Below, piece by piece: positions 24,274 through 53,435 of a DNA stretch of 64,000 nucleotides. The notes beneath the pieces were generated by a model. It ran no database searches. It saw only the letters and a program-made list of their open reading frames with translations, and was not told where the DNA came from. This stretch comes from Macrostomum lignano (lineage: Eukaryota): NCBI GenBank assembly GCA_002269645.1, contig NIVC01001575.1:162691-226690 (forward strand), read 5' to 3'. How positions within the stretch are numbered: position 1 is the stretch's first letter; each line of letters starts with the position of its first letter. The position numbers were made by a program, and so were the translations under genes.

Positions 24274-25946
24274 TTTAATTAGCTAATTCAATTAACGAAG
24301 GTCCAGCTATAAAGCCAGAACCAACAAACTCGATATTTTGATTAAATTGCAAGACTTAAAAAAAATTAAATAACAAATCAAACAGTACTTTTTCAAGTGT
24401 CAATATGTACTGTCGAGGTGAAAGAATTATACTTATAAATAAATATAAATATAGCCTATTTTGATATAACTGGTTTTAGAAAACGTTCATACTTACACTT
24501 AATAAGCATATGTATTGATTAAGGTGATAACTGTGTCCAAATAATATAAGTAAGTACAAAAGGAGCACATGTACTTTAAATATCTATTTTAGACTTTAGT
24601 ACTACTACTACAGATATTATATAGTGCAATATATTAATATATAACACCATTTGATATATTTCCCACTTTGAGTAGATTTATAAATATAGAAGTGTGCTAT
24701 AAAAAGGTGCCATATAAAAGTGGATTAGAGCCAATTGTTTACTTGTGAAAAGAAATAAGTAAGTAATATAGCATCAATCGGTTGGTGCAACGATTGGCAC
24801 TGCACAGACATAAAAACAATAACCAATAGAAATAATTAATTAACAAATCTTTTACAAGTCTAAATTTTGATGGAATGTTATAAGAAATTAATAAATAACT
24901 ATTATGTGCTATCTTCAATATTAGAAAACACATCTAATCTGACTACTAACAATCGGTTATCAACGAGTAGTATGGAAAGAAAACTTACACGTCAAACAGT
25001 TATAAATTTATTATATTAGTAATATCATATTAGTATTAGAATTACCGAATAATAGTTTTTATTCACTAGAGTGTGCGAAAAACACAAAAAGTGAACACAC
25101 AGACTACTATTAGTAGATTTCTAAAGGCGCAAATTTAAACTTAAGAATAATTAAATAAAGCAATAGCAAGTGGCAAATAAAACAAAAAGCGGCTACCAAG
25201 AAACAGAACTGATGAGAAATGAAATGAGAATAGAACAAACCATAAAGCCGGCTTCATCTTGGAATGCTTTTAGAAGCAATGCCGATATTCTTCTTCAACA
25301 CTACATTCGTGCGCATATTAATAAAACTTGTTTCCGAATATTAAAATTAAAAAATTAACAAAGCATTTGTGCTGGATATCTTAACTGGCTACTGTGGAGA
25401 GTAGCCAGTGGCAAATATAACGTGAGTAAGTTGTGCTAAATATGAAAAAGATATTTGCTTTAGAAAAAAAGCTTGGAATAAAGCGTGCAATGTGCGAAAA
25501 AAATAAAGAAATTACTACTGACAACTCTATAGTTGGTAGGATAAAAAGAAAAAAATGTAATAAATGGTTATTATTTTAAGAAATTTAAGCCAAAAAGGCC
25601 TATTAAAAACAGAAATATTGTGTAAATAAAATTTAAGACCAATGTCCTTATCACACGCAAAAGAACAAAAGTGGGGAAAAGTGGAAAATCAAATATCCAA
25701 TTATTAAGTTCGTGTTTTGTGCCTATTGGTCCTAAACATTATCCAGCTAATAGAATGCTTCTAGAAACTCGTAGATTTTCTTTCCTTACATTTTTGAAAA
25801 ACTCGCGTAGAAATATCCAAAACACTCCACTAATACTACTTTAGGGAACAAGTAGCTAAATTTGCTTATATATTTTTCTAAACCATAAAAAACTCAGAAC
25901 AAGTTCATATATCCTACTGCCAGAAACGGTGCAATAAGTAGTATTT

Positions 25947-42202
<16,256 letters not shown>

Positions 42203-42769
42203 GGCTGACTTGCTGAGTCCAAGATAATGGTTTTTGAGCAAATCACAGCGACTTAAGAAGCCTCTTAGGGCTGGAAATTGAATAAAAGATAAATAAAGTT
42301 TTTATTATTATACCAAATTACCAAAAATATACTCATTAATACTTGACAATAAGATCTTGGTCCTTTTCCTGTTAGTAAAATAGAACTTTATTAAAAGTGC
42401 TAAATTTTAATATGAAGCTTATATGTCAAAAAAAATTCATGGCATAAAAATGACCACATTAGCTAATGAAATGACTTTATAAATACTTGAAGACTAAACA
42501 AAAGGTAACAAAAAAATAACAATTCAAAATCATTTGATAAAATAGTAGATAATGAATGAGATCTATTTAGTCACTTCAACTAGCAAAGCATTTTATTAAT
42601 TTAAATAAACAATATTGCTATGCACTAGCCCTACTTTTATATAAGCCTAAATTAAATTTAAATTAAAATAAAAAAGCTTGATAAAACATTGCAACTTATG
42701 AGTCAACATGATATATATATATAGGCCCTACAAATAAACTATACTTTTTGTCATGACTGGAGCTATTTC

Positions 42770-42971
42770 CAGGCACCGCAGAACGAGTTTTTGCCAGGGG
42801 GGCAGGACCAAGTTTCCGAAACTCAAGCCCAGACCCTGTCTTGGACAGTGACCAAAAATTTTAGCAAAATTATGCTGTTGAATGGTAGTTGAGGGGGGGC
42901 AATGCCCCCCCCAACTCAATGTCAGGGGGCAGCTGCCCCCTCTGCCCCCCCCCCCTGTTCTGTGGTGCCTG
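42770..42971. mobile_element. About 200-bp MITE with 15-bp TIR and 8-bp TSD (hAT-like)
   Basis: TIR caggcaccgcagaac / gttctgtggtgcctg (1 mismatch); flanks gctatttc / gctattcc. Confidence 0.8.
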
Positions 42972-43124
42972 GCTATTCCCTTTTATTTATTTTAAGGGCC
43001 TAGGTAGCTATAATATATTACTATCATAGATTCATTTCTAATCTTTCTTTTTTGGAATCTATATACAAACTAAATATTTATTTATTTATTTTAGCTGCCC
43101 AATTGCCAGAGGGCTCGGCTATGG

Positions 43125-43710
43125 CAGGCAGTGGTCAAAACCATCCTGCTATACAATGCTAAGATGTGGATGCTGATGGCTACGCTAGAGCGGCAGCTGG
43201 ACTCGGTGCACACAGGGTTGCTCCATGCCTAAGGCCCAAGGCCCTGTACAATTGGGCCAAGCTGCAGCGCCTGTCCACTATCCTGCGCCGGTGGCGACTT
43301 CAACTGGTGGGCCACCTGATCCAGGCCAAGGGCTACTGCCCCCAACCTGTTCAGGATGTCCTGCTGCTTACCTTGTGGGGTCTGTTTAGGCGAGGTCAGG
43401 CCCGAACCCGTCGATATGTGGACTGCTTGCTGTGTGATGCTGGGGCACCCAACACTGCCAATGGAGCTGACTTTGTTCACTTCTAGGCTCTGCCGCACAG
43501 TGGTAGATCCTGGGGGGGGGGGCCATGGCCCTTTTCAGCTGCCTCGAAAAAATTCTGCTCTTGGCATTTGGCCCCCTTCTAAGTAAAGAAAGGGCTTGGG
43601 CCTTGGGGTGGGTTCCTACTCGGGGCAGAATGAAAAAAGTTGCCCCCCCCTCAAGAAATTCCTGGATCCATGCCTACTGCCGCGCGCCATCTGATATGCC
43701 CTGCTTTAAC
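43125..43710 (+). mobile_element. 5'-truncated, frameshifted RTE-type non-LTR retrotransposon 3' fragment
   Basis: AVVKTILLYNAKMWMLMATLERQLDSVHTGLL, then ALYNWAKLQRLSTILRRWRLQLVGHL, resembles the recalled post-RT region of RTE-clade LINEs (SILLY..ETWTL...RRRRL..AGH). Interrupted by a MITE. Confidence 0.7.
43498..43676. mobile_element. About 180-bp MITE nested in the RTE fragment
   Basis: Degenerate TIR cagtggtagatcctgg / cctggatccatgccta (10/16); flanks ctgccgca / ctgccgcg (8 bp, 1 mismatch). Confidence 0.65.
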
Positions 43711-46699
43711 TGTGACTATGCATGTAGGGTTGCATATTTTGTTGTTGTTATTTTAGTTTATTGTTAAACAGTTGCTAGTTATTTAGTCATTGTTTAAAGT
43801 TGAATTAATATAAAACAAATTGTGCTTTAGATTCTACTATTTAATTTAATCTTATATTATTACCATTTTATATAGTAGCCCTAGGCTTGTTGCCTTATCT
43901 TAGTAGCTAGTCTTTAGGTTGGAATAAAATGGTTTCTTACCAAGTTAAATGATGTTTTCCTTGCTATCTATAGCTACATATGCTGCAGCTTAATTAGCAA
44001 TATTGGTCAAAGTTCCCACACTTTTTTTATCTTTAAAATGACATCCAGATGAACATTGTAAATTAAATATTAAAAGAGATATGACCAAAAATACAAAAAA
44101 GTGAAATTCATTTATGGCAATCAAAAGGCACCAACCTATAGTATATTTTTCCTATCTGAAAAACACCATTTTTTAACACAAAAAATGTTTTTTAACTTTT
44201 TATTCTTTGATCAAATTAGACAAATAAGACCATTTTAGAATGGTATTACTAGGCCTACTCCTCTATCAAATGTATCTATCAAAAATATAAAACAAATTTC
44301 AAAACCTCATTGGAGTCTTTACCAAAAGTTACTTTTTTAAAATGGCACTCTGGTTGTTTTTTTAGAATGCTAGACATTGGTAATCCAGTTTCTTTTAAAT
44401 TAATCCAATATTATCAATGTTCAAATATGAAAATTTAAGTGCCAAACTAGCAATTTAGCATTAAACTTAGAGATTTAGTGTATTTAGATATACCCCAAAA
44501 ATGCAATTTTTTAAACAATTTTATAATGATAAAAAAGATAATAGTCAATAGATCATGTTTTTTTAAGTTAGATTTTTTAAGTTAGAATGAAAGCACACTT
44601 TTATGGTATCTATTAGGCCTGTCTTGATCATGAATGAATGAATTATTGGTAATTTTGGCATCCATTTAAACAAGTTAATAGAATTACAGCTCTAGTGAAA
44701 TACAAAAGATTAATTAGGCAATATCATATCAATGACACAACTAGGAGGGAGGGTGGGAAGGCAATCACTCCCCTCCCCCTTAGTTAGAGACCAAAAAAAT
44801 AAAAGGGAGGACCAAGCAAATTTTTGCCAAGAACAGAGCCACCCCATAACCCCTTCTCCTAGGTCTTTACCCTCAAGAAACCACCCCCTTCAAAAAAATT
44901 CTAGTTGCACTACTAAGCAATATCTTAGGCTTTGATACACTGTAAACTAAACTTTTTGGCCTCAAAATGGTATGCAAATAAATTTTCTATGAGTATTGAC
45001 AAATATTCTCCATTTGTTCTTCTTTGTTTTTTTGCTAATAAATTTTGTTCAACCCAACTAATACAGAAATAGAACACATTTAAAACAATCAACATCCTTG
45101 TTTAAAAAGCTTAAAGTCTTATCTTATAAATACTGTATAATGTTAACTATTAAATATTTAATTATTGTTATTTAATTCCTGAAATTATGATAGTTAAGAT
45201 TAAATAAGTTTGATTACAAAAGTTTTGAGAGTAACCCATGGCATTTGCCATTGGCATTAGTCAAGAGAAAACATTAAAAATCAATACAATTTACAATATT
45301 TTAGTGTGAATATAGTTATTGTTAAAATGAGTTTTGATATATTATATTTTAATTTGCTGAAGATGGTTCAGAAAAAGCTCTTCTTTCTTCATTGTTCAGT
45401 GGACCTACTTACCTACTTCGAAGAAATGGTCTGATTCCCACGAAGTTTCCAGCAGTTAAATTTTTTACGCAACTCAATTTAACAAACTTTGTACTAAATA
45501 GATAGTTTTGTTTTTAAGCCCGACCTTTTATTGTAAAATATGTAAGCAAGAAATGCAAAAAATTTTGCGATGCAGTCACTGTTTTGATGTTTTGATGTTC
45601 GATGTTTTGATGTTTGATGTTTTGAGTTGGACATGGTTCTGGCCTCTGGGGTTATTTCTAGCTACATCAACTTGCACTGTAGAGGAATTTGACGGTCGTT
45701 CGCACATTTTATGCAGAACAATACATTACTACAAACAATGCATTGTTGTAGGATCCTCAAAAACAGACAAAAACTGCAATAAGAATCAGCGGTCACGCGC
45801 ACTGGGACCGCTAATTATTTATCCATTGTGTGTTTGATCGAATTTCTGCCTCGAGGTGATATTTTTCAGATCTTTTTAAGCCTATTGGCCATACAGTCCT
45901 TTATATGATTTCACTGCGCTTTCATGTACAATTATATTACCTAAAACTTATTACGCAGTGCAATATGCATGCACAGCGTAGAATGGTCGCTACCCTTAAC
46001 CTTGAAATACAATACAGATACATGTTTACCCACATTTACATATCTTAGGTGATATGTTTTTATTGTTACATGTACACATTATTATATTCGTCTCTGAAAT
46101 ATTCATGCATTGCATGCACAGTACGAAAACATAATCAGGAATTTAATTAGTAATAATTAGAATTTTGGAGTATATCATTTACTTATCTCAGCTTTGAAAG
46201 TCAGCAGGTTTTTTAATTACTCATATCGTCTGCGAATTCTGTTTTCATCTCTGCTGCTTGAGTCCGTAAAAACCCTCAAATAAAATGCTTACTAATACAT
46301 TTACCAATTCTACGTGTTAAAACAGAAGATACTACCAATTGAGGGGGAGGAATTCCCACCCCTGACAATTTTTTTGCTGCGCCGGAACGGAGCAACGCAG
46401 GCACACGAAATTCAATGACACGGGCTAACTTTTTGTTGCGCACTTTAGAATCAAGTCGCCAGCCCTCCGGACCGTCGAGTTATTCGACGATTCTGCCAGA
46501 AGGTCGGAATTTTTCCATAAAGCCCTAGTGTATTCAGTACACCCCTGTGCGCCAATTAGCACTGCGCCTCAGTGCAGCCTTGCCAAGTTTCCAAATTTCA
46601 TCAGCACGTCGACCACATGTGTCTGCATCAGCTCTGACTTCGTTGGTCACTAGCCTTCACCCAGGTGGAGCTTCTGGACCCTCAACAGCTGTGGCACCA

Positions 46700-47303
46700 G
46701 GTGACTATGGACACCCTGATGCGGATTTCTCTAGTTTCGCCGATCAAGCCTCGACAGTGGGCAAGAATCAACCGTCAGACATTCTCAGCTAGTCTCTCAA
46801 GCATTCCGTCATCATCCTGACGCCGTCGGCTCCTTCAACAGATTACACCAGGTGAATATGAACAGCCTGATAAGAATTTCTCTAGTTTCGCTGATCAAGC
46901 CTCGACAGTGGGCAAGAATCAACCGCTGGACATCCTCAGCAAGTCTCTCAAGCATTCCGTCATCACCCCGACGCCGTCGGCTCCTTCAACAGATTACACC
47001 AGGTGAATATGAACAGCCTGATAAGAATTTCTCTAGTTTCGCTGATCAAGCCTCGACAGTGGGCAAGAATCAACCGCTGGACATCCTCAGCAAGTCTCTC
47101 AAGCATTCCGTCATCACCCCGACGCCGTCGGCTCCTTCAACAGATTACACCAGGTGAATATGAACAGCCTGATAAGAATTTCTCTAGTTTCGCTGATCAA
47201 GCCTCGACAGTGGGCAAGAATCAACCGCTGGACATCCTCAGCAAGTCTCTCAAGCATTCCGTCATCACCCCGACGCCGTCGGCACCTTCAACAGATTACA
47301 CCA
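46700..47303 (+). repeat. Four tandem 151-bp units (three near-identical) inside the foldback element
   Basis: ggtga starts at 46700, 46851, 47002, 47153 and 47304. Confidence 0.95.
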
Positions 47304-47462
47304 GGTGAGTAAGGACACCTGAGCGTGATTTTTCATCATGCTCTTAACATCTCAGAAGCTCTCAAATTTTTTAAGCACGGAACTTGCCATAGTTAAGCTT
47401 GAACTCATGTTGCTGTATATTTATATTATTATTACACATACTTTTATACATACCAGTTACAT

Positions 47463-47689
47463 ACATATTTTATTCGACAAGCTGTTTAGTTTATTCAACT
47501 ATAATATTGAACCCAATTTTTATGCAGAAAGGGTTATGCTTTTAAAAAATGAAAAAAACCGATTGAATTTACTGGCACGCAAATGAAATTTAGGTTTTTT
47601 CATTTTTTAAAAGCATAACCCTTTCTGCATAAAAATTGGGTTCAATATTATAGTTGAATAAACTAAACAGCTTGTCGAATAAAATATGT
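47463..47689. repeat. Near-perfect inverted repeat of about 96 bp with a loop of about 32 nt
   Basis: catattttattcgacaag...gaaaaaaacc (47464-47560) pairs with 47593-47688, one A indel. Confidence 0.9.
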
Positions 47690-48804
47690 GTGAAACTCGT
47701 AGTCACCTGGTGTAATCTGTTGAAGGAGCCGACGGCGTCAGGATGATGACGGAATGCTTGACTGACTAGCTGAGAATGTCTGACGGTTGATTATTGCCCA
47801 CTGTCGAGGCTTGATCGGCGAAACTAGAGAAATCCGCATCAGGGTGTCCATAGTCACCTGGTGCCACAGCTGTTGAGGGTCCAGAAGCTCCACCTGGGTG
47901 AAGGCTAGTGACCAACGAAGTCAGAGCTGATGCAGACACATGTGGTCGACGTGCTGATGAAATTTGGAGGCTTGGCAAGGCTGCACTGAGGCGCAGTGCT
48001 GATTGGCGCACAGGGGTGTACTGAATACACTAGCGCTTATGGAAAAACCCGACCATCTGGCAGAATCGTCGAATATCTCGACGGTCCCGAGGGCTGGCGA
48101 CTTGATTCTTGTTTGAGAAGGTGCGCATCAAAAAGTTAGCCCGTGTTCTTGAATTTCGTGTGCCTGCGTTGCTCCGTTCCGGCGCAGCAAAAAAATTGTC
48201 GGGGGGGGGGGGGGGGAATTTCACCCCTCTTGGTAGTTCAACGGGCGGAAAATGGCTTGGCATTCCTACTGTTAATCACGTTTATTTGCCTTGCAGAAAA
48301 TATGCGTAAAAATGTAACGAAAATTTTCCCTCAAAAAACGTCTAAGCTAGCAAGCATCGTGGATACTCCTGAAGGTTGATATTGTTATGGTTGTATGTCT
48401 GCTTAAACACTTACGTGTAGTAGTCTTAAAATCCTAAAGTGAAACACACGCGTAGAATATTTACGTAACAAAATTCATAATTTTTTACGAATAAAAAAGG
48501 TAAAACATTTTGTGCGTCATTTACGAATTTAGTTTCTGAATATTTTTCCATCTTAAATACTTAAGTATATATTGAATATTTGGTCCACTAATGTGCCCTC
48601 TGTTCAAAGAAAATTTTAGGCATAAATTAATGTAGAAAATAGTTATTTGTGAAAAAATTTTCTAACTTTTTCGAATTCTTTCGTAAAGAAACTGCCTAAG
48701 AGTGACGTAAAAAAATCCCAAAAACTTACGAACTTCCGAAGCATCATTGATGCATCAGTTCGAAATCCATGTACTTTTGATGGGTTTCGACCTTTCAGCC
48801 CCCT

Positions 48805-49620
48805 TGTGGGGAAGCCTTCGGGCCTCAGGTCTCAGAAATTAATCAATTAGAGTCCTGGCCCCCCACTCCTGTCAGATGGTCAGCCCCATGGTAGCTTGAT
48901 CGTGTGGCGAGCAGCCTAGGTCCTATAGCTAAGAGAGGGACAGCGAGAGACAAGCAGGGAGAATTTTGAAGGTAGAGATCAGCTAATCCGCAGATTAACT
49001 AACCCGCTGCCACCAGCCCGTGCGTCCTGGCTCACCACACCGGAACTTTCGAAATCGGGCTTCCGACTAGAGGGCACTATGAGCACTAGACTAGAGCACT
49101 AGAGCTTTTCCGATTAGAGCACTTACCTGCCAACTAGTGTCTTTTTGCTGTCAATCTCAAAGTCATAGCCGATGATAAGGGACACTGCTGGGACTAGATC
49201 GCATTGGCCATCGCATTGGGGACTTGTGCAGGGGATTCTTGCAGTGGCGAGACTATGGGGTAGTTACATGTACTATTACATTGCTAAATACGAAGAATTG
49301 TACTTTTGGCCTTCAACGCGCCAACTAGCCTCTCATAGCGCTGATGATAGACTAACTCTAACCTCAGAGACCGTATGATTCATTACCGGAGCCGCTTGGC
49401 AAACCTAGAGTGCACAAAGTACACCTCTGGCGCCGATTCTGCACTACTGGCAGTTTCGCTAACTGATTCGATAGATTGATCGACTGAGAACTGCCTTGCC
49501 ATTGGTCCACTATGACCGGCGCCTACTAGCTTAGCCACTCATCTGAGCCATCGGCGAACAAAGAAATAAAACCGATAAAAATAACTGTCAGATTTAACCT
49601 TCTCCTTGAATCACTTCACA
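48805..49620 (+). mobile_element. Possible solo LTR
   Basis: Starts TGTG, ends CACA, AATAAA at 49565-49570, GC richer than flanks; TSD not convincing. Confidence 0.3.
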
Positions 49621-51338
49621 CCTCAGATTAAATTGGAGCTTCAGACTACTAGCAGTATTATTGAATGATTTCTGCCTCAGTGTAGCAGCACTACTGAACA
49701 AAATGAGCAAAAGTGTGCGCCTAATCCAGCCACTGAAACAGGGGACAGATAGGGAATCACCCAATCAAGCAAGTCTAGGTAGCCTCTCGCCCAACCAATC
49801 AGAAACTCAACAGCCTGAGACCAGGTAATCCACAGTTGACCGAATCGGCTTAGTGCTTCGCAGCTGTAGACCCGGCATGATGCTGATGTCACAACCTTCG
49901 CAGATAGCTAGCAGGTGATGCTCTTAACTTTGTTCACTGCTGATGACCGGCGGAATTTGTCCTTGATGATGATGGGGGGAGTCGCAATCCGGGGATCAAG
50001 AAACGACGGTCGGGCCAGGGAGAGAGCAAGTTCCTGGCCGGTCTCCAGAAAGGGTTAGTCCGAGCGGGCCAAAAACACCGGTTTAAATAGCCGCCAACTG
50101 GACCGCAGTTTGTTATAATGGAACACGTCGATTCTGATTGGCTGAGCCGAAAATGAGCGTCGAATTTTCTGATTGGCTGAGCTTGTTGCCACCAAAAGTC
50201 ACGTGTCTGGGAGATCCTATCAGTTCCCTCGGGGTCGTAAAAACATGACAGGTGCGGCCATAAATCAATCAAAATCGCAACAAAATGATTTATGACCTTT
50301 CGTGTAGAATTACAAAAATTAATGAAAAAATATACATTAGAAAGCTCTTATCAAGTAGAAAGTGAAGGTAATGAAGAGAAATCGCTAATCGCTAATCCCA
50401 ACGTACTTTTAGGGGTAAAACGCATAGCTGTCAAAGCTGTCACACGCTTGAGTGAACACGAACAATAGGCCCTGACCTCATAAATCTTGATGGCCTGTCA
50501 AAATGATGAGAAAAAAGCTATCATTCGCATCCTCTCAGACCATCTGGCGCCAGCCCCAGCACTGAGTGAGGCGCGGGTGGCTGTCAGACCAGCTCAGACG
50601 CAATGATTTATGACCCAAAAGCAGCAAAAAGCCGCGCCTATGTTATTATAACTACAAGTATGGAAGATTAACATAGCTACAGAAGTCCTACTAGTACGCT
50701 CGTATGAATTCTAGAAAAATTACAAAAGAGGGAGAAAAACGCCCATAGCCTGCTGTTAGTAGGCTAGCAAGTTTGGAACCCATGTGCGAGCGTGAAATTT
50801 GGAAAAAAGTGCGTCCTCATCACTTTACCATACCATCTTTGCTTTTGTTAATCTTCTTGAGTCGGTAAAACCCTCAGTAAAATACGTAAAAAAGTTCGAA
50901 AAAAGTTGCACCAATTTTTTACGTACGATTTCGTTTATTTGTCAGGCGGGAGAGCGGGCACGACACGAGAGAGAGGATAAAAATATCATTACATGTATGT
51001 AAAATAATTAAAATAGCTATTCATGCTTGTACGCCAAATGTAATTCCAAAAGTATGTGCATGTTGTTAGTGCGACATTTAATTTGAAATAATGAAAACCG
51101 ACCTCGTGTATATTTTTAATATATAATACATTTAATAACCTATAATATAGATCGCTGCTGAATCGCTCCTCTTGTACAGGTACCCGTGCAGGATGAAGAA
51201 CTATCGTGTCTCTACATTGTCCAGGTTAAAAGTAACTATAGATACGGAGTTAAGCGATCAAAAATCGTTTATTAGCGTTCAGTAGCATTCGCTTCGCTGT
51301 CAGAGAGTAGCGAATATGCTAAAAAGAATGTACATTAG

Positions 51339-51662
51339 CTACTCGTAGTCAATTTTCAGGTCAAGGCGCAGATCTTTGCAGCGCCTGAAATAGGCCGAGT
51401 AGCTGGACAGGCCCTGAAACCAGGTCTTTACATCGTCGTTGCATCCCGGATCGCAGATGCTGGCCTCGGCTCGATTGCATTTGCACTCCTTGCCGCAGAT
51501 GTTTGTGTAGGTGAAGCTGGAGCCTTTGATTTTGCACAGCAGAACCGGATGGAAACAAGCCGGAACATTGTCGTCCTCGAGGGAAAGCTGGAAGGATGGC
51601 TCCGGCAGGACTGAAAGCAGCAGACCAAAGCACAGAAGCAGCGAGACTGTAGCAGTTTTCAT
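51339..51662 (-). CDS. Small secreted Cys-rich protein, 107 aa, family not recognised
   Basis: gtcaaaATG start; signal-peptide-like MKTATVSLLLCFGLLLSVLP; 8 Cys in the mature part; acceptor-like ttaattttttgcag upstream; AATAAA (51268-51273) about 65 nt after the stop. Confidence 0.75.
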   Translation of the reverse strand: MKTATVSLLLCFGLLLSVLPEPSFQLSLEDDNVPACFHPVLLCKIKGSSFTYTNICGKECKCNRAEASICDPGCNDDVKTWFQGLSSYSAYFRRCKDLRLDLKIDYE

Positions 51663-52419
51663 TTTGACAGTGCAGTTTTTTGCAGTTTTCCTGTTTTTAG
51701 TTAACACCGGCTGCAAAAAATTAACTAGATAGTTTCTGCTAGCTGAAGCCTGCACTGATATGTAGGCCTCTAACCAATCCTGCCTGCTGCAGTTATGCAG
51801 AGCTTTGAGGATTGGCTAAACATGTAATCAAGGGGTTTTTGCGGTTCGATCGCCATCAGCTTAGTTCTGGTTTACCAAGCAAATTGTATGGTCAGCATCT
51901 TTCTTCACTGCATCAGTCAAGATTTACTATCTATCCAGCTAGCTAAGTCAAGGCCAAGTTTTTAGCTGCACGCAAAGTAATTATAGACGCGCAGAAGATG
52001 GAGAGGAAAGGAGAAACCTGGAACTGCAATTTGTTCTTGTATTCTATCAACACTTGTAGCAAGCCTAACAGCTTACACTTCTTCACTTCCTGTGTTGGGC
52101 GAAGAATCTCGAAATTCTTGCATTTTTTACCGGACTTGCGCTACATGTACAAGATGCATGTAGAAACTGATGGTGGAAACCAGCAACGGAAGAAGTGAAA
52201 CAATGAATGCTTTTACAGTACATAAAACGCTTTGTTAAGTTATTATTTTTAAAAATATCAAATCTTTCAGTAGAGCAACGTTACGAAACTGCGAACTGCT
52301 GACGTATTTCATTTGTCTATTTACAAAAAGCTGTTAAATATGCATGTAGAAAGATAAAAATTGAATAAAATTTCCAATATCAGCACAACATTACGAGCGT
52401 ATCGATGTACACGATCTGG

Positions 52420-53435
52420 CAGATTAGGGCGATTCCCTGTGGCAGATTAGGGCGATTTCCTGTGGCAGATTAGGGCGATTCCCCGTGGCAGATTAGGGCA
52501 ATTCCCCGTGGCAGATTAGGGCGATTCCCCGTGGCAGATTAGGGCGATTCCCCGTGGCAGATTAGGGCAATTCCCTGCGGCAGATTAGGGCGATTCCCTG
52601 TGGCAGATTAGGGCGATTCCCTGTGGAAGATTAGGGCGATTCCCTGTGGCAGATTAGGGCGATTCCCTGTGGCAGATTAGGGCGATTCCCTGCGGCAGAT
52701 TAGGGCGATTCCCTGTGGCAGATTAGGGTGATTTCTGTGGCAGATTAGGGCGAATCCCTGTGGCAGATTAGGGCGATTCCCTGTGGCAGGTTAGGGCGAT
52801 TTCTATGGCAGATTAGGGCGATTCCCTGCGGCAGATTAGGGCAATTCCCTGTGGCAGATTAGGGCAATTCCCTGTGGCAGATTAGGGCAATTCCCTGTGG
52901 CAGATTAGGGCGATTCCCTGTGGCAGATTAGGGCAATTCCCTGTGGCAGATTAGGGCAATTCCCTGTGGCAGATTAGGGCGATTCCCTGTGGCAGGTTAG
53001 GGCGATTTCTATGGCAGATTAGGGCGATTCCCTGCGGCAGATTAGGGCAATTCCCTGTGGCAGATTAGGGCGAATCCCTGTGGCAGATTAGGGCGATTCC
53101 CTGTGGCAGGTTAGGGCGATTTCTATGGCAGATTAGGGCGATTCCCTGCGGCAGATTAGGGCAATTCCCTGTGGCAGATTAGGGCAATTCCCTGTGGCAG
53201 ATTAGGGCGATTCCCTGCGGCAGATTAGGGCGATTCCCTGCGGCAGATTAGGGCGATTCCCTGTGGCAGATTAGGGCGATTCCCTGCGGCAGATTAGGGC
53301 AATTCCCAGTGGAAGATTAGGGCGATTCCCTGCGGCAGATTAGGGCAATTCCCTGTGGCAGATTAGGGCGATTCCCTGCGGCAGATTAGGGCAATTCCCA
53401 GTGGAAGATTAGGGCGATTCCCTGTGGCAGATTAC
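52420..53435 (+). repeat. 23-bp minisatellite, about 43 copies, each with TTAGGG
   Basis: Unit gcagattagggcgattccctgtg. Confidence 0.95.

Larger units (their letters stand above)
46331..48237. mobile_element. 1.9-kb foldback-like element with about 530-bp inverted arms
   Basis: Arm 46331-46855 is the reverse complement of 47703-48237 with scattered substitutions and small indels; both termini read ACTACCAA; no TSD seen; no transposase ORF. Confidence 0.8.

Noticed and set aside
46331-46340. CACTA or Polinton assignment for the foldback termini
   Set aside because: Both ends lack the terminal C of CACTA and the 5'-AG of Polintons, and no TSD is visible.
46547-48011. 81-101-aa ORFs as real genes
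   Set aside because: They are mirror or tandem copies produced by the inverted arms and 151-bp units, with frame shifts and a TAG in the arm copy.
49681-50300. Second LTR or coding region
   Set aside because: No TSD, no paired ends and no recognisable protein; only CCAAT motifs noted.
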